DNA from: Candidatus Hydrogenedentota bacterium
Lineage (GTDB): Bacteria; Hydrogenedentota; Hydrogenedentia; Hydrogenedentales; SLHB01
DNA: 64,000 bases
Direction: 5' to 3'
NCBI GenBank assembly: GCA_963674865.2
Contig: CAXXYE010000004.1
Coordinates: 352,001 to 416,000, forward strand
Below are positions 40,641 through 50,296 of the stretch, one piece after another. The position numbers and the translations under genes are program-made. The notes under the pieces were generated by a model. The model was given only the letters and a program-made list of their open reading frames with translations, searched no databases and was not told the DNA's origin. Positions within the stretch are counted from its first letter, which is position 1, and the number at the start of each line of letters is the position of its first letter.

Positions 40641-40961
40641 TCAGACGGTCACGTCGAGGTGGTGTTCCTCGTCACCATTCGGCGTATCGCCCTCTTCGCG
40701 GCCAGGCTTTTCCTGTTGGGAGCCCTTCTTGCGGCGTCTGCGTCCCACGAAGGGAGCGCGGCGGCGACCCTCCGCGTCCACCTGGCTGTGTTCACCGTGT
40801 TCTGTCTGGTGGACCTGTGTTTCCTGCTGGACCCTCTCGGCCTCCTCGTCGGCGGCGGAACGCTGTTGTGCCGCTAGTGAGGCCCGATCGGCGACCTGCT
40901 GGATGCGTTCTGCGGCCGCAATGCGGGCAACCTCCGTCTGAAAGTCCACTGGTTGCGGCAT
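40641..40961 (-). CDS. Small hypothetical flagellar-cluster protein
   Basis: Translationally coupled to fliA (TGATG); Gln-rich; ends HHLDVTV. Confidence 0.7.
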   Translation of the reverse strand: MPQPVDFQTEVARIAAAERIQQVADRASLAAQQRSAADEEAERVQQETQVHQTEHGEHSQVDAEGRRRAPFVGRRRRKKGSQQEKPGREEGDTPNGDEEHHLDVTV

Positions 40962-41722
40962 CACGTGTCTCCTTGTAAGATTCTCCGTAATGTTTTCATT
41001 GCCGCGCCATGGATCTGGCAAACCCGTGATTCAGAGACTTCCAGAACAACCCCGATTTCTTTCAGGGTCAATTCTTCATAATAATACAAGTTTAGCACTT
41101 TTTGCTGCTGGTCAGGCAACTTGAGGATGGCGGCGACAAGCAACTCCTGGCGCTCCCGTTCTCGGGCGAGCTGCCCCGGGTCGGGTGTCGAGGGATTGCT
41201 GACAAGGTCGAGCTTGCGGCCGGCGTGTTCGGAATCCTCCGAGGGGAAGTAGTCGTCGAGGGACAGGGTCTGAGCCGTTTGCAGTCGGGCGAGCGTCTCT
41301 TCCACCTGCTCGACGGAGGTGCCCAGTTCGTCGGCTATCTCCTGCGGCGAGGGGTCGCGGCCCTCCCGATGGCGCAGCCGTTCACGGGCAGCCCCCACTT
41401 TCCTGGCCATTGTCCGCAGCGAGCGGGGAGCCCAATCGAGCGAGCGTATCTGGTCGATAATGGCGCCCCGCACCCGGATCGAGGCGTAGGTGGAGAACTT
41501 GGTGTCCTGGTTGAGGTCGAACTTCTCGACGGCGTCCATGAGGCCCAGAACACCCCAGCCGATGAGGTCGTCCAACTCGACGTTTGATGGAACGTGGATA
41601 GCCATGCGTCCGGCGATGTATTTCACCACCCGCATATGCTGCACAATGAGTACATCCCGGGCCGACGCGTCCCCCTCCTCCTTGTAGCGGCGCCAGAGCT
41701 CCTTCTCGTGCATTGCCGTCAA
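40961..41722 (-). CDS. fliA: RNA polymerase sigma-28 factor FliA/WhiG
   Basis: FSTYASIRVRGAIIDQIRSLDW and LYYYEELTLKEIGVVLEVSESRVCQIH. Confidence 0.95.
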   Translation of the reverse strand: MTAMHEKELWRRYKEEGDASARDVLIVQHMRVVKYIAGRMAIHVPSNVELDDLIGWGVLGLMDAVEKFDLNQDTKFSTYASIRVRGAIIDQIRSLDWAPRSLRTMARKVGAARERLRHREGRDPSPQEIADELGTSVEQVEETLARLQTAQTLSLDDYFPSEDSEHAGRKLDLVSNPSTPDPGQLARERERQELLVAAILKLPDQQQKVLNLYYYEELTLKEIGVVLEVSESRVCQIHGAAMKTLRRILQGDT

Positions 41723-42693
41723 CGGAGGCTCTCGATCCGTTCCCGTGGGCTGACGATCTCCGTGATCCGAAGGCCGAACTTCTCGTCGACGACGACCACA
41801 TCGCCTCGCGCAATCAGTTTGTCGTTCACGAGCAGTTCGACGGGCTCGTCGACGAGGTGTCCGACTTCAATGATGGAGCCGGGCCCGAGAGCCAGTATCT
41901 CGCTAATGGGCATGTAAACCCGCCCGAGACGCGCCGTGGCTGTCAGGCCGATATCAAGGACGCGATCAATGTTCGACATAATCCGCTGGTCGGGCTCCTT
42001 AGCGCGCGCCGAGTCTACCGGCGCTTCTTGTTGATCCGGGGGCGTTTCGCTGTCGAAAGTGCTCAGAATATCGCTCATTTCGGACTCGTCAAGCTGCGGG
42101 CCGTCAGTGCCATCGCCGTTGGCGGCAGCCGCGCCATCACCACCGAACAGTAGGTCCACCAGTTTCCGCGGCACGAGCGCTTCCAGGTCCTGCGTGAAGA
42201 GCAGGGCCGCGCCGCCGTCTCCCTCGCCATCTGTCGAGAGGCGAAGGTGCGCCACCGTGGACGCGCCGCCCAGAAAGCTCGCCAGGTCGCCGTCGCCTTC
42301 CCGAGCAATGACCACTTCGACACTGTCGCTCGTGAACTGCGTCTCAAGCTTCTCATTCAGGTGCTCAAGACCCGCGGACAGGCCTGCGGCGGCCAGATCT
42401 CTCAACTCGTCCAGGCGTCCTTCATCCAACTCGGCAGGCTCAGAGGCATCCTTTGCCGCCAAGAGGCCCGCGGCGCCCGCCTCATCCAGCAGGAGTGCCA
42501 AGGCGCCTTGCTCCTTGATGCGGCAGCGGACGACGACCGGATGTCTTGCCACCAGTTCGCCCAGCGCATCCGGTGCTAGATCGCTCATTTCCTCGACATC
42601 GCAGTCGAACGTGCGAGCGAGTTGGTCACTAAAGGCATCAAAACACCCCTTGAGCATGCCCTGAGCAATGACATTGGAGGCGCCTGTATCCAT
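41719..42693 (-). CDS. fliN: Flagellar motor switch protein FliN (FliY-like, with N-terminal extension)
   Basis: C-terminal SpoA domain LIARGDVVVVDEKFGLRITEI. Confidence 0.9.
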   Translation of the reverse strand: MDTGASNVIAQGMLKGCFDAFSDQLARTFDCDVEEMSDLAPDALGELVARHPVVVRCRIKEQGALALLLDEAGAAGLLAAKDASEPAELDEGRLDELRDLAAAGLSAGLEHLNEKLETQFTSDSVEVVIAREGDGDLASFLGGASTVAHLRLSTDGEGDGGAALLFTQDLEALVPRKLVDLLFGGDGAAAANGDGTDGPQLDESEMSDILSTFDSETPPDQQEAPVDSARAKEPDQRIMSNIDRVLDIGLTATARLGRVYMPISEILALGPGSIIEVGHLVDEPVELLVNDKLIARGDVVVVDEKFGLRITEIVSPRERIESLR

Positions 42694-42702
42694 TGAGCAG
42701 TC

Positions 42703-43686
42703 CTATTCCTCTCGCACTAACGTGACAAGCTGTACGGCGCTCTGCTCGCCTGTACGGCCCGGCCGAGCCAGGAAACGGGCGTGGCCTCCGACTGTAATCG
42801 AAACAGGCTTCTTCACGTCCGTATCCAACTGCAGGACATCCCCAACCTGAAGCCGTGCGATGTCCGCCAGCGGCAGTTTCGCCTGCCCAAGAAGGGCATC
42901 TACGGGGACTTGCGCCCCTCGTATGACACGCTCAATCCGAGTTCGCATGGCTTGGGCCGTCTCGACACTCATCTTGCGCATATAGTGAGTTTGTTGAGAT
43001 ATCTGGTCGAGAACGGGATTCAGCACCATGAGCGGAATGCACATATTCATGGAGCCAACCGTTTCGCCGATGTGCAGTTCGTAGCCCACCAGTATCACCA
43101 TCTCGCTCCCCGCAACGATCTGTACGATGAGCGGGTCGCTTTCCTGAGCTATCACGCTGAGTGAAAACTCGACAAGCTGCTCCCAGGAGCGTTTCAGGCT
43201 ATCCAGGATCATCAGGACAATCCGCTGAACAATCCGGTCCTCGATCTCTGTCAATTCCCGTGGTTCGGCAAGGGAAAGGCCCTTTCCGCCCAAGAGACGG
43301 TCGACAATCGGGAAGACCAACGCGGGACTCAACTCGATGACGGCGTTGCCCTCGAGGGGAGACATATTAACTACCGACAAGGATGTCGGGCGGGCCACGG
43401 AAAGGATGAACTCGTCGTACGTGAGTTGGTCGATTGAAACAAGGTCCACCCGAACGACCGACCGCAGAAACGGCGGCAGCGTAATGCTCAACTCGCGGGC
43501 AAATGCCTCGAAAAGGCTCTGGAGACCCTTTAGCTGCTCCGTCGAGACCCGTTCGGGACGCCGGAAGTCATAGGTGGTTACTTTTCCCGGCGTAACCTCC
43601 TCGCGCGTGGGCTCCTCAACGACCTCGCTGTCGCTCACGGCGTTTAGGAGCAGGTCGACCTCTTCCTGGCTCAGAATGTCTGCCAT
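42703..43686 (-). CDS. fliM: Flagellar motor switch protein FliM
   Basis: MADILSQEEVDLLL, YDFRRP and DRLLGG motifs. Confidence 0.95.
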   Translation of the reverse strand: MADILSQEEVDLLLNAVSDSEVVEEPTREEVTPGKVTTYDFRRPERVSTEQLKGLQSLFEAFARELSITLPPFLRSVVRVDLVSIDQLTYDEFILSVARPTSLSVVNMSPLEGNAVIELSPALVFPIVDRLLGGKGLSLAEPRELTEIEDRIVQRIVLMILDSLKRSWEQLVEFSLSVIAQESDPLIVQIVAGSEMVILVGYELHIGETVGSMNMCIPLMVLNPVLDQISQQTHYMRKMSVETAQAMRTRIERVIRGAQVPVDALLGQAKLPLADIARLQVGDVLQLDTDVKKPVSITVGGHARFLARPGRTGEQSAVQLVTLVREE

Positions 43687-43985
43687 GTGCCCAATTCCTC
43701 GCTCCGATGAGGGCTGGATCCATCGTCGCGAGTATAACACAGGGGACATAGGGGCGCAACAGATCCCGATTCAAGGTAACACATTTATTGTGAGACAGAT
43801 AGCCTATGCGGCCAGGCGACAAAACGGCGGTGCAATGGCCGTCACCGTGAGCAGATTGCGAACTTCAGTCCACAAATAACCAACCCCTGGCCCCCGGCGG
43901 GAGATTGTCCTTCGGCAATGCGTACGATAGAGCGGCGGGTCCAAACAGAAGCCTCATTGGGCGACACAGTGCCCTGGGATTCCTG

Positions 43986-44014
43986 TTGACAGCGAAGTGG
44001 GCCTCTGATACCCT
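43986..44014 (+). promoter_or_regulatory. Putative sigma70 promoter for the alginate-export-family gene
   Basis: TTGACA-17 nt-TACCCT. Confidence 0.5.
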
Positions 44015-44205
44015 TTTTGCAGGCAGGACTTGGAAGGTGCATTTGGCCTCGCGAGTTCGGCCGGAAATGAAGCGGCAGGAAGAGGTAATGGGGAGCCACG
44101 CCCAATGGATGTGGGGCGGTAGCCGTCACAAACGGGAGCCGTGCCTGCCGGGTGTTTTGCGTCCATGGGCGTGGGCGTGGTCGTAGCTTGCGAAAGGAGA
44201 GAGTT

Positions 44206-45801
44206 ATGCGGAGAAGAGCATCAATCCTAATAGCAGTTCTGGTGCTGGCTCTGGCACTACCCGCGATGGCGGAACTGCAAAATGTCACCGTAGGTGGTAC
44301 TGTTCGCGTCAAGGGTAACTACATCAGCAACGTCTTTACGAACGGGGCGGCCCCGGGGCAAGTTACGCCCGAGGTGCGCTGGCCCGGCGGCATACTGGGC
44401 GGCCGGGTGATAGGGAACGTGTTTGTTCCCCCCTTCGCGCCAAACGACGTCGTGAGCATCTTCGATTGGAGCAGCCGTGGCTCCGACCTCAAGTTTGTCG
44501 AACACCGGACACGGCTCAATGCCAAAGCCGATTTCACCGATGAAGTCAGTGCCTTTATCGAACTTGACAGTTATGACTGGTGGGGGGAAGATTTCCGTTC
44601 GAACTACATCACCGGCGCGGACGCACGTGCCGCTACCGGCGATGATGTGGAGATTTTCCAAGCCTACATCGAAGCGAACAACATGTTCGACTATCCGGTA
44701 CGCCTGCGCATCGGCCGCCAGGAAATGGCTTTTGGAAGTCAGTTCCTTGTCGGCACCAATGACTTCGCCTTCTTCTTTACGGGCCTTTCGTTCGATGCGG
44801 TTCGGCTTACCTACACGCACGATGTGTTCACGTTGGATGCATGGTGGAGTAAGATCAACGAGGCCAGTCCTATCGAAGAGGACGGCGATACGGATTTCTA
44901 TGGCCTGTACGCCTCCTACAACGGCATTGAGAATCTGACCCTCGACGCTTACTGGATGATGCTCCGCGACGCCACTTCCGTGACGGACACGCCGGGAAGT
45001 CTCTTCCAGAATTGGTGGGAGCACCTTTGGGGTGTGGACGACTATGATCCCACCTGCCTCCACACCATAGGGATTCGGGCTGCTGGCAAGTACGGCCCCG
45101 TGGATTTCGAGGGCGAGCTTGCCTATCAGTTTGGCGATGCCGATCGGATTGGCTCGCTTTTCAAGCTCGGTGCCTACGGCGATGACGACGCCGATTTTGA
45201 CAACTTGGGCGGGCATCTCAACATCGGCTACGCCCCTGATCTTAAGTACCATCCGCGTTTCTTCGTGGACTTCCTCTACTTTGGGGGCGAAGACAATCGC
45301 GACGTCACATTCTGGGAACTCCTCAATCCTTTCCGTCGTGCTGAATCCAGCATAAGCTTCAATCGCCTCTTCTCGAACCAGATCTGCAGCGGCTTCTGCG
45401 ACCTCAATAACGACCTTTCCAATGCCTGGGTTCTTTGTGTAGGCGTTATGGCCGCCCCGACCGAAAAGCTGCGAGCTGCATTCATGGTCACCCGCTTCGA
45501 CACGCTTGAGGAGTTTGACGCACCTCGCCACTTCAAGCTCGGCCGTATTCGCGTTCCGATCGCCCCTGCCCTCAGTTGGTGGGACCAGGAGAACGACGAC
45601 CTTCTCGGTTATGAAACGCACCTGACCTTTGCCTACAACTACAGCGAAGATCTCGTGTTCGAGATCGGATGGGCTCACTTCTTCCTCGGCGAAGGCTCCG
45701 AGGATGGGCAATTCAGCCGGTGGAACGGCCTTCTGTATACCGGCGGCACGGACGACGACGATGCTGACTACGTCTACGTTGGCAGCACACTGAAGTTCTA
45801 G
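44206..45801 (+). CDS. Outer-membrane beta-barrel, alginate export family
   Basis: Signal peptide, QAYIE...LRIGRQE...FDAVRL and terminal Phe; AAGGAG RBS. Confidence 0.8.
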   Translation: MRRRASILIAVLVLALALPAMAELQNVTVGGTVRVKGNYISNVFTNGAAPGQVTPEVRWPGGILGGRVIGNVFVPPFAPNDVVSIFDWSSRGSDLKFVEHRTRLNAKADFTDEVSAFIELDSYDWWGEDFRSNYITGADARAATGDDVEIFQAYIEANNMFDYPVRLRIGRQEMAFGSQFLVGTNDFAFFFTGLSFDAVRLTYTHDVFTLDAWWSKINEASPIEEDGDTDFYGLYASYNGIENLTLDAYWMMLRDATSVTDTPGSLFQNWWEHLWGVDDYDPTCLHTIGIRAAGKYGPVDFEGELAYQFGDADRIGSLFKLGAYGDDDADFDNLGGHLNIGYAPDLKYHPRFFVDFLYFGGEDNRDVTFWELLNPFRRAESSISFNRLFSNQICSGFCDLNNDLSNAWVLCVGVMAAPTEKLRAAFMVTRFDTLEEFDAPRHFKLGRIRVPIAPALSWWDQENDDLLGYETHLTFAYNYSEDLVFEIGWAHFFLGEGSEDGQFSRWNGLLYTGGTDDDDADYVYVGSTLKF

Positions 45802-45832
45802 CCTGTCCGGAGTCGGCCTATTGCTGAGCGAC

Positions 45833-45865
45833 AAGTCCCCACGGTTCGCCGTGGGGACTTTCTTT
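45833..45865 (+). terminator. Rho-independent terminator
   Basis: AAGTCCCCACGG-TTCG-CCGTGGGGACTT followed by TCTTT. Confidence 0.85.
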
Positions 45866-46115
45866 GTGTCCCGCACCCCCGTATTGACGCTACCACCGGA
45901 CAACTTTCCTGTCCGCGCACAAGGCACTCCAAGATGGCCTCGTCCATTGAGAACTGCTCACCGACTGGATAAGGCCTACTGCCGTCCCCTCCAATGACTT
46001 GACGTGCGGCGGAATCAGCGGCCCGTCCACGGGGATGTTACTTGCCATTGGCCCGGCCTTTGCGTATCGTTACTTGCGTTGCGTTCTGCTGCCGCCTTTT
46101 GACTGGAGGTCCACT

Positions 46116-46616
46116 ATGCGAAAAGAAGCCATCAAGGAGCTGTCTACCGAGAATTTTCGCGAATACGGAACATTTGCGCAGATGATCAATCCGAAAGCCG
46201 CAAGAATCGGGGCGGAACCCATCGAGTTCTTCCGCGACATGGTGCTGCTCGACCTTGGAAGCGCCCACACGGCCTCTTTCTCGACGTGCCGTGTCCTCAC
46301 GAGGCCGCCCATTGTTGATGTTACGGAGTATCACACCAGTTGCGGCGAGGGCACCTTGCCGCTCGACGGCGACGTCCTCATCCATGTTGCTCCGGCGACG
46401 CCCACCGGGGAAGTGCCTCTTGACCGCATCGAGATCTTTCGCGTTCCCACGGGCACGATGGTCGCGCTTCGGCCCGGCGTATGGCACCACGCCGCGTTTG
46501 CCCATCAATGCGAATGCGTCAATGTACTGATCGTGTTACCGGAGCGCACCTACGCCAACGACTGCGAGGTCTTTGAGATCACAGAGGCCGACCGCGTCGA
46601 GATTCAGGGCGCATAA
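46116..46616 (+). CDS. Ureidoglycolate lyase-like cupin protein
   Basis: ELSTENFREYG, TEYH and LRPGVWHH motifs; GGAGG RBS. Confidence 0.75.
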   Translation: MRKEAIKELSTENFREYGTFAQMINPKAARIGAEPIEFFRDMVLLDLGSAHTASFSTCRVLTRPPIVDVTEYHTSCGEGTLPLDGDVLIHVAPATPTGEVPLDRIEIFRVPTGTMVALRPGVWHHAAFAHQCECVNVLIVLPERTYANDCEVFEITEADRVEIQGA

Positions 46617-46653
46617 GGCCCGCCACGGTGCGCTTCCTCTGTAGGCCGTCACG

Positions 46654-47214
46654 GTGATGATGGAACTCAAACCCACCCAGAATGTGGTTCTTATCGGGAT
46701 GCCAGGTGTCGGTAAGAGCACCGTGGGCGTGCTCCTGGCCAAAGCGACTTCTCGTCCGTTTCTGGATACGGACGTGTACATTCAGGCCAAAGAGAGGAGG
46801 CGCCTCCAATCGATTATCGACGCGGAGGGCATTGAGGCGTTCTGTGCCCTTGAGGAGCGCTATGTACTTATGTTGGCGTGCCGGGGAAGCGTAATCGCCA
46901 CGGGGGGGAGCGTCGTGTACGGCGGGGCCGCCATGCGCCACCTCAAATCGTCGGGAGTTGTCGTACATCTCGACCTTGCCCTGCCGGATCTCGAGCGGCG
47001 TGTGCTGAATCTTGACACGCGCGGCGTGGTGATGGCCATTGGGCAGACGCTGCAGACACTTTTTGAGGAAAGGCAGCCACTCTATCAGCGGTATGCGGAC
47101 GTCACCGTCGACTGTGCCGGCCTGAACCACGAGGAAGTTGTCACTCGTACACTCGAGATCCTGGGCGAGCGGCCGGATGCGAACTCGCGGGAAGACAGGC
47201 ATGCCCTTCTTTAG
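46654..47214 (+). CDS. aroK: Shikimate kinase
   Basis: GMPGVGKST, DTD, ATGGS and ERQPLY motifs. Confidence 0.92.
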   Translation: MMMELKPTQNVVLIGMPGVGKSTVGVLLAKATSRPFLDTDVYIQAKERRRLQSIIDAEGIEAFCALEERYVLMLACRGSVIATGGSVVYGGAAMRHLKSSGVVVHLDLALPDLERRVLNLDTRGVVMAIGQTLQTLFEERQPLYQRYADVTVDCAGLNHEEVVTRTLEILGERPDANSREDRHALL

Positions 47215-48175
47215 GCGCCGGCTCTCTCCCTTGCGAGACCTTGCGGATGCGAGGGGCTTGTTGGTGGGAGTTGCTGTGAACGAAGCGCCTTTGCGCGAAG
47301 ACCCGGCCTATCGCGACCTACTCGCCCGGGAGTTTAACGTCGTGACACCTGAGAACGCCATGAAGTTTGGGCGTCTCTCCCATGAGCGTGGGCATTACCA
47401 CTTTGAGGACGCGGACGCTATTGTCGGATTCGCTGAGAGCCATGGCATGCGCGTCCGTGGACACACCCTTGTCTGGCACATGCTCCAGCCCGAATGGCTT
47501 ACGGAAGGTACGTTCTCGCGGCAGGAGTGGCTCGACATCCTGCGCGAGCATATCTTCACGGTGATGACGCGCTATCGGGGGCGCGTCTTCGCATGGGACG
47601 TGGTGAACGAAGCCCTTGCCGAGGATGGTTCGCTTCGGGATACGATTTGGCTCCGGGGGGCGGGGGAGGAGTATCTCGAGCAGGCATTCCGATGGGCGCA
47701 TGAGGCCGACCCGGCGGCATTGCTCTTTTACAACGACTACTGCGCCGACGACCTCAGCCCCAAGTCGGATAGCGTCTACCGCCTTCTACGGCGCTTGCTT
47801 GAGCGCGATGTCCCTATCCATGGCGTGGGACTCCAGATGCATTTGGAGCTTGAAAAACCGCCCCGCCCTAAGCAGATCGGCAGGAACATCGCCCGGCTCT
47901 CGGCCCTCGGCCTCCAGGTACACGTCACGGAGATGGACGTGCGCATGAAAACGCCCGCTACCCCCGCGAAGCTTGTCTCTCAAGCGCGAATCTACCGCAG
48001 AGTGTTGCGGGCCTGTTTGCGCCGTGGCGAATGTCAGGCTTGTGTTTTCTGGGGACTCGGCGATGGGCACTCGTGGATACCTGAGTTCTTTCCCGGGGAA
48101 GGCGCGGCGCTCCTATTCGATGACCTTTCGCGCCCGAAGCCAGCCCGCCGAGCCGTACAAAGGACTATCCGCTGA
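47201..48175 (+). CDS. Glycoside hydrolase family 10 (endo-1,4-beta-xylanase-like), no clear signal peptide
   Basis: TPENAMK, RGHTLVWH, WDVVNE, GLQMH and VTEMD motifs. Confidence 0.92.
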   Translation: MPFFRRRLSPLRDLADARGLLVGVAVNEAPLREDPAYRDLLAREFNVVTPENAMKFGRLSHERGHYHFEDADAIVGFAESHGMRVRGHTLVWHMLQPEWLTEGTFSRQEWLDILREHIFTVMTRYRGRVFAWDVVNEALAEDGSLRDTIWLRGAGEEYLEQAFRWAHEADPAALLFYNDYCADDLSPKSDSVYRLLRRLLERDVPIHGVGLQMHLELEKPPRPKQIGRNIARLSALGLQVHVTEMDVRMKTPATPAKLVSQARIYRRVLRACLRRGECQACVFWGLGDGHSWIPEFFPGEGAALLFDDLSRPKPARRAVQRTIR

Positions 48176-48302
48176 CGAGGCGGCTCGGGCCGCCGTACGT
48201 CCCGGCGCAAGGGCTTCTGCCATTTCGTTGTGCTTCTGCTGCTCGCTTGTGCCATACTCAAACTGGATTTCCGTAGATGCTTAATGAGAAAGGTGACGCC
48301 GT

Positions 48303-48794
48303 ATGGATGCGCTTCAGGCCCTGAAAACACGTAGAAGTGTCCGCGTATACAAGAGCGATCCGGTACCACGAGAAGTCATCGAGGATATCGTGGACTGTGG
48401 GCGGTTGGCCGCTACCGCACGTAATGTTCAGCCGTGGGAATTTGTCGTCGTAACCGATCCCGCTATGCGCAGCCGCCTCGCCCAGATTAACGATTTTGGC
48501 AAATTCATCGAGCAGGCGCCCGTCTGCATCGTCGTTCTCTGTGTAGATACCAAGTACTACATCGAAGACGGCAGCGCCGCGACCCAGAACATCCTTGTGG
48601 CCGCGCATGCTCATGGTTTAGGCACGTGCTGGGTGGCGGGGGATAAGAAGCCCTACGCCGACGAGATACGGAGTGCGGTTGGCGCGCCTGCCAACTTCAA
48701 GCTTGTGGCCTCCATCGCGCTTGGTTATCCCGAGCAGGTGCCTGCACCGGAAAAGCGCCGCCTGGACGAGGTCATCCACTGGGAAGCCTTCTAG
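48303..48794 (+). CDS. Nitroreductase family protein
   Basis: RRSVR, NVQPWEF and GLGTCW motifs. Confidence 0.92.
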   Translation: MDALQALKTRRSVRVYKSDPVPREVIEDIVDCGRLAATARNVQPWEFVVVTDPAMRSRLAQINDFGKFIEQAPVCIVVLCVDTKYYIEDGSAATQNILVAAHAHGLGTCWVAGDKKPYADEIRSAVGAPANFKLVASIALGYPEQVPAPEKRRLDEVIHWEAF

Positions 48795-48804
48795 GCTCCA
48801 CCGG

Positions 48805-50070
48805 CTAGAGCAATTGCTCTGCGTTTTCCGCCACTTTGCGAAAAGCTGCGGCGTGCTCTGCGATGATCTCCGGCTCATAGCGCTTGAAGTGGGGGATACT
48901 GAGGCATCGCGAGGCCGTCTGCTCGCTTACAGGCAGCGAGCCCGGCGCCTGACGTACGTCCCGCTCGGTGTGGGCAAGGCGCGTTGGGCGCCCGTGTCCG
49001 TATACGTCCAGGGCATTCAACACAGGATGTAGATGCATCGGACTGTTCGCCCCCCGGATTTGTATCGCTGCCCTCTGCCTTGACTGCCTCGCAGAACTTT
49101 GCGATGTCCAGTCCGCCGATCTCTAACGGCCGATACAGGCCCTTCGCCGCGTACCACCCTCCCATCGTCGAACCGGAGTCTTTCGGCGGACGGTGTGCGT
49201 TGATGCCAGGACAGCCATCGAGAAGGTCCCAGAAGTAGTTCATCGCTCGCTGGATTTCCTCGATGCGCCTGGGATAATGCTTCAGTTGGACTCGTCCCAG
49301 GGCGCTCGCCAGTTGGTTCAAGCGGTGTTTCACTCCGCCGAAGGGATATCCTTTGTATGGGATTAACTCAGGCTCCGTCAGGTCGGCGTGTCTTTCATAA
49401 TGCCCGAAAGCAATCGCTCGCTCATAAATCCCGCGCTCTCGCGTCACCAGCATGCCCGCCTCCCCGGCCACCAGGGACTTCCCCGACATGAGCGACATCG
49501 CGCCCACATCGCCTAAAAGCCCCGTCAACCGGCCCTTGTAGAGACTTCCCTGCGCATGCGAGACGTCCTCGATAACGCGGAGGCCGTGGCGCTTGGCGAT
49601 GGCCATTATCTCATCCATCTCGCATGGATAGGCGCAGTAATGAACAACGACAATGGCTTTGGTTCGCGTCGTGATGCGGTGTTCGATATCGCCGGATCGA
49701 TGTTCAGGGTGTCTGGATCGATGTCGGCGAACACCACGCTCGCGCCGAGCGAGAAACAGGGGAGGGACGAAGCCCAGTACGTGATGCTCGGGCAGATGAT
49801 TTCATCGCCCATACCAATGCCGCAGGCATACATCGCGGCAAGCAGGGACGCGGTGCCATTGCAGTGCGCGAGGCAGTGCGCCCCGTCGTAGTAGGCGCTG
49901 AACTCCGCCTCGAACAGCTTCGTCACCTCGGTGCCCGACATGTCCCCCGTGCGCAGCACTTCGAGCACGGCGGCTTCATCCTCCTCCGTAATGATCGGCC
50001 AGCGGATATTCTCACGCCAGTCTCTCGTCACGGCTCTCGGCCCACCAAGCAGCGCCAGTTTCTCGCTCAT
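48805..50070 (-). pseudogene. DegT/DnrJ/EryC1/StrS aminotransferase broken by two frameshifts (pseudogene or assembly error)
   Basis: ORFs 49606-50136, 48875-49618 and 48805-49038 join into one DegT protein if one base is added near 49691 and one is removed from the C6 run at 49050-49055. Confidence 0.85.
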
Positions 50071-50173
50071 AGCGGCACCTCCATGCGGCTGTTCCGCTGC
50101 CAAGGGTAGACGATGCTGCTGCTCATCGGCAACCATGGCCTGGCAAGGAGTGGTGAAGAAAAAAAACGAAGCG

Positions 50174-50203
50174 TTGCACAGGAAAACAGCACCAACCTAT
50201 AAT
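50174..50203 (+). promoter_or_regulatory. Putative sigma70 promoter upstream of the PilZ gene
   Basis: TTGCAC-18 nt-TATAAT with an A-tract upstream. Confidence 0.5.
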
Positions 50204-50296
50204 TCCCTATGGAGAGGGGAGTGCGAAGTGTGCCTGCTCACCGTGAGGCGCCCGCAGAGGCAAAGCAGGAATATGGACTCATAAGGGAGAGATAGG

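Noticed and set aside
44257..45927. Long antisense ORFs (also 16148-18163, 26846-28240, 54097-55656, 55823-56962, 59460-60761)
   Set aside because: They are shadows of well-supported genes on the opposite strand in high-GC DNA and show no recognisable motifs.
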